A stretch of 63,164 nucleotides of DNA, counting the filler, from Olpidium bornovanus S191 (lineage: Eukaryota > Fungi > Olpidiomycota), in NCBI GenBank assembly GCA_017911155.1. It is 31 parts of 31 records of this genome, joined end to end, with 100 filler letters (N's around TTAATTAATTAA, not from the genome) between each part and the next. Parts side by side here need not be neighbours in the genome. Positions count along the whole stretch, not along the records: positions 60,428 to 63,164 come from JAEFCI010005646.1; 30 more parts are not named here. One strand, given 5' to 3'. Positions 60,428-63,164 of this stretch are shown here, one piece after another. The notes under the pieces were generated by a model. It saw only the letters and a list, made by a program, of their open reading frames with translations. It searched no databases and was not told the DNA's origin. How positions within the stretch are numbered: the stretch's first letter is position 1; the number at the start of each line of letters is the position of its first letter. Position numbers and translations under genes: made by a program.

Positions 60428-61367
60428 CATGAAAGCACGCCCAAAGCTGGAACGTTTCGAGGACGGTTGATTATCTGCAAGCGGATCCTGACGTGATTGT
60501 TTCCAGGTTCTGCGAGAGAGCGCAGCGAGAAAGCAGAAAAATTGTGCTGCAAAGCCCCTTTGTTAACCCACCGCTCCTTCCCATCTCCGACAGCGATGAT
60601 TCTCTGACTCTCTGAGTCCCAGCACAGGTCGTTGATCTGTCCAGCAATGACTTTGGTCTCATACTTCAAGATATTCTCCGCCTGGGTTGTGTCCCAGACG
60701 CGCACGTTGCCACTAGCGTCTGCGACGACATGTCAGCGAGTTTGCGAGACCGCAGTGAAGCAACTGCGCAGGTGTGGACCCCAAAAGCGCCTAGAACTTC
60801 TAACCAACCCCCAGAAGCGATGTAATATCCTGAGGGCGAGTAGCGTGCGACCGTCGCCGGCGCACTGTGCTGTGTGTACTCGTTGGCGATCGCAGGGTTC
60901 TGATGCGGGGAAATGGGTCCGCATACCCGCGCGATCAGTTGGCAAATATCATTCTTGGCCAAAGGAATGCGTTGTCACCGACGTACGGCGATGTCGCGGA
61001 TGACCACTGTACGACCGTTCGTATACAGGATGTTCTTTCCTTTGGGGTCTCCGCCGAGCTGCACAGGCTGCCCGCGGACAGTAGCCGGGGTGCACGCGAA
61101 AATGCTTTCTGCGGGACTCAGTGTCCGTTTGGTTGGAACAAGGGTTAGCACAGGGCCCGAAAAGCCGGACGCGACGGCGCCAGTAACGAAAACGCCCGGG
61201 CGAAAGAGTCTCCGTGGTGCAAGAGGAGCATCGAAATTGCCCGACTGGGTGGGAGGGAGGCACGTCGCAGGTCGGCGTTCAGGGGAATGCCTCCCTCAGT
61301 CTCGCGCGTAAGGGAGGCCCCCCCCCCCACCACCACCCCACCGCGGCGTACTTCTCGTATACGACAT
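60428..61367 (-). CDS. AIP1: Actin-interacting protein 1 (WDR1), 5' exons
   Basis: [65 protein letters not shown] and INDLCWDSESQRIIAVGDGKER. Confidence 0.96.
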
Positions 61368-63164
61368 CGTCGGCGGGGGCTTCCCAGCCGCGTCTCTTTC
61401 TCTTTCTCTCTGCCTGCGGCTTGGGCGCGGCCGGTCGGGCGTTCACGCGAAGCAAACGGCGGCTCGCGAGAGAGCAACGGCACCAGGAGGCTCGCGCGCG
61501 CGAGGAACGACAACGCGGGTTCGGATGCGGCAGCGCGCGGGCGCGGCGCTGGGGTGCCGAGCGACGCAGAGCCCGCAGAAAATAACGGCCGCACCGCCAA
61601 CGGGGCGCCGGCTGAGAAAGATTTCCGTACGCGGGGAAACCCCCCCGCAAACGCACGAGCAAGCGCCGTCGGCCGACCAGGTCATCCGGCATTGGCCGAC
61701 CATTCTACACGAGTGCGAGAGAGGCTTGACTTGGAGTCATCCACGGATGTTTTATGTTCTATGAGCAAACTCTGGAAACATCCGCGGTTAATTCTGCCGA
61801 ACCCTGGATCATCTGCAGATATTTAGATGAAACTTGTCCAAACTCGAACCATCTGTGCATATATGTGGATGTCAACAAGGTTTTCTGGTCTCTGAATCAT
61901 CCGCTGATGTGCAAATGAAAGAAAAAAGATAAAATGCAGCTGGGTTTGCGCAAGTTCATCGGACAACCCAAACTCGGAACGTTTAGCAGTTATCGAAAAA
62001 AAGAAACAAAATCAACACTCTTGTTTTGCCGATATGTTCAAACAATATGTACCTATTCGCCTCATGAGCCCATAATAAGATTTGCCTTATTCTAAAATGT
62101 CGAGAAAAACTCGTTTCACAATCAACAGGAACTCAAAATAGTGGATGTCTGCATAATAATGCCAAATAGTATTTCTGGACGGTTTTTGTTCGCCTTTGAA
62201 GAAAATCAATGTTTGTTTTTTTGTTATCTTAGCAACCAACATGTTACAAAACACAAGATTCGTGCTGGCAAGCGCGTCAACTACGCCCCCGAACAGCAAC
62301 TTTATTAGGGCTCCCGCGATTGCCTGCATTTTCACCCATATTCATGTCTTCATGATACTCTAGGCCATACGGCAGAATGAAGAGGATGTTGGCGATCGGG
62401 GGGAATCTGACGTGGTTCCTCTGTTTGACTGGAATATGTGGCAAAGACATTCTGCGCCCCCGCAAGCTCCACGAGTTCCCTGAAAAATAAAACAAGTATT
62501 ACCATTGCCCCTTTTTCAAAACTCGACTGACTTTCACCTGCCTTCTTGACATGCGGGCCATGTCGGTTCAGCATGAGCACGGTACGGGTTAACCCTGATT
62601 GTCACGTGCTAAGCATCTTGCAGCCAGCCTCCACCAACCGCGTTAGGGAGCACCCGTCATACTGTTGTCGATCGCTTTTAAATCGGCAAAGCGGCCATGT
62701 AAATTATTGTTGTGCGGATTGCAGAGGCCATCGACGCAACCTTCAGAGACCAGGTGAAATTTCTTGACGCGGATAGCGGTACAGTAATGCCATCGCTGCT
62801 GTTCCAGCTTGTCTGTTAACATCCACGTGCATTGATTCGAATTTGTACGCGATCAAGACTTTGGCCGGCCGACCCCTACCCTGGCGGAGGAACCCGTGGC
62901 TATCCACGATGCAGCTTCCAGGAAAGAGCCCCCCCAGTGCGGACCACGCGCAACTCACCCGGCGAGCGCGAGGCCTTTCTGGCCGGCATGTCAGGCAGGG
63001 TCCTGACGGCCCCGGGAGGACGGGCTCGAGCCCCGCGGTCTCCCATGGATGCACGGGGATGCGAAACGGGATCGGCTGGCCGGGGCAAATTCACTCCCGC
63101 TCCCCGGACCCTCTTCCCGCAACAGAAAAAAAAAAAAAAATTGTCGCGGGGGAAGCCGCAGCGG

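Overview
This is not a contiguous locus. It is 31 short contigs (about 1.0-4.5 kb) joined by 30 artificial 100-bp spacers (44 N + TTAATTAATTAA + 44 N), so gene neighbourhood across spacers means nothing. The DNA is GC-rich, intron-containing eukaryotic sequence. The gene set (fused fungal LEU1, AA11 LPMO, CatSper1-like channel, NBAS with beta-propeller, paxillin with LD motifs) points to a flagellated, early-diverging fungus; an Olpidium-like organism is my inference, not a database result. Recognisable genes, mostly partial: intron-containing tRNA-Ile(UAU), cardiolipin synthase, Argonaute, DEAD-box helicase, Xaa-Pro aminopeptidase, mitochondrial carrier, paxillin, MAK21/NOC1, VPS9-domain GEF, RGS protein, cyclophilin PPIL3, LEU1, CatSper1-like, DNase I-like, AAA ATPase, NBAS, SCOT, AA11 LPMO, calnexin, PCF11 and AIP1. 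Best leads: a foldback-like inverted array of hairpin repeats (about 1400-2105), nested short-LTR copia elements, a Cys-Cys/His/acidic repeat protein, an intracellular DNase I homologue, the CatSper1-like channel, and a strong enrichment of CATG at contig ends. I found no CRISPR array or multi-gene novel system that the sequence supports. All family calls come from recalled motifs, not from searches. Exon boundaries were read by eye.
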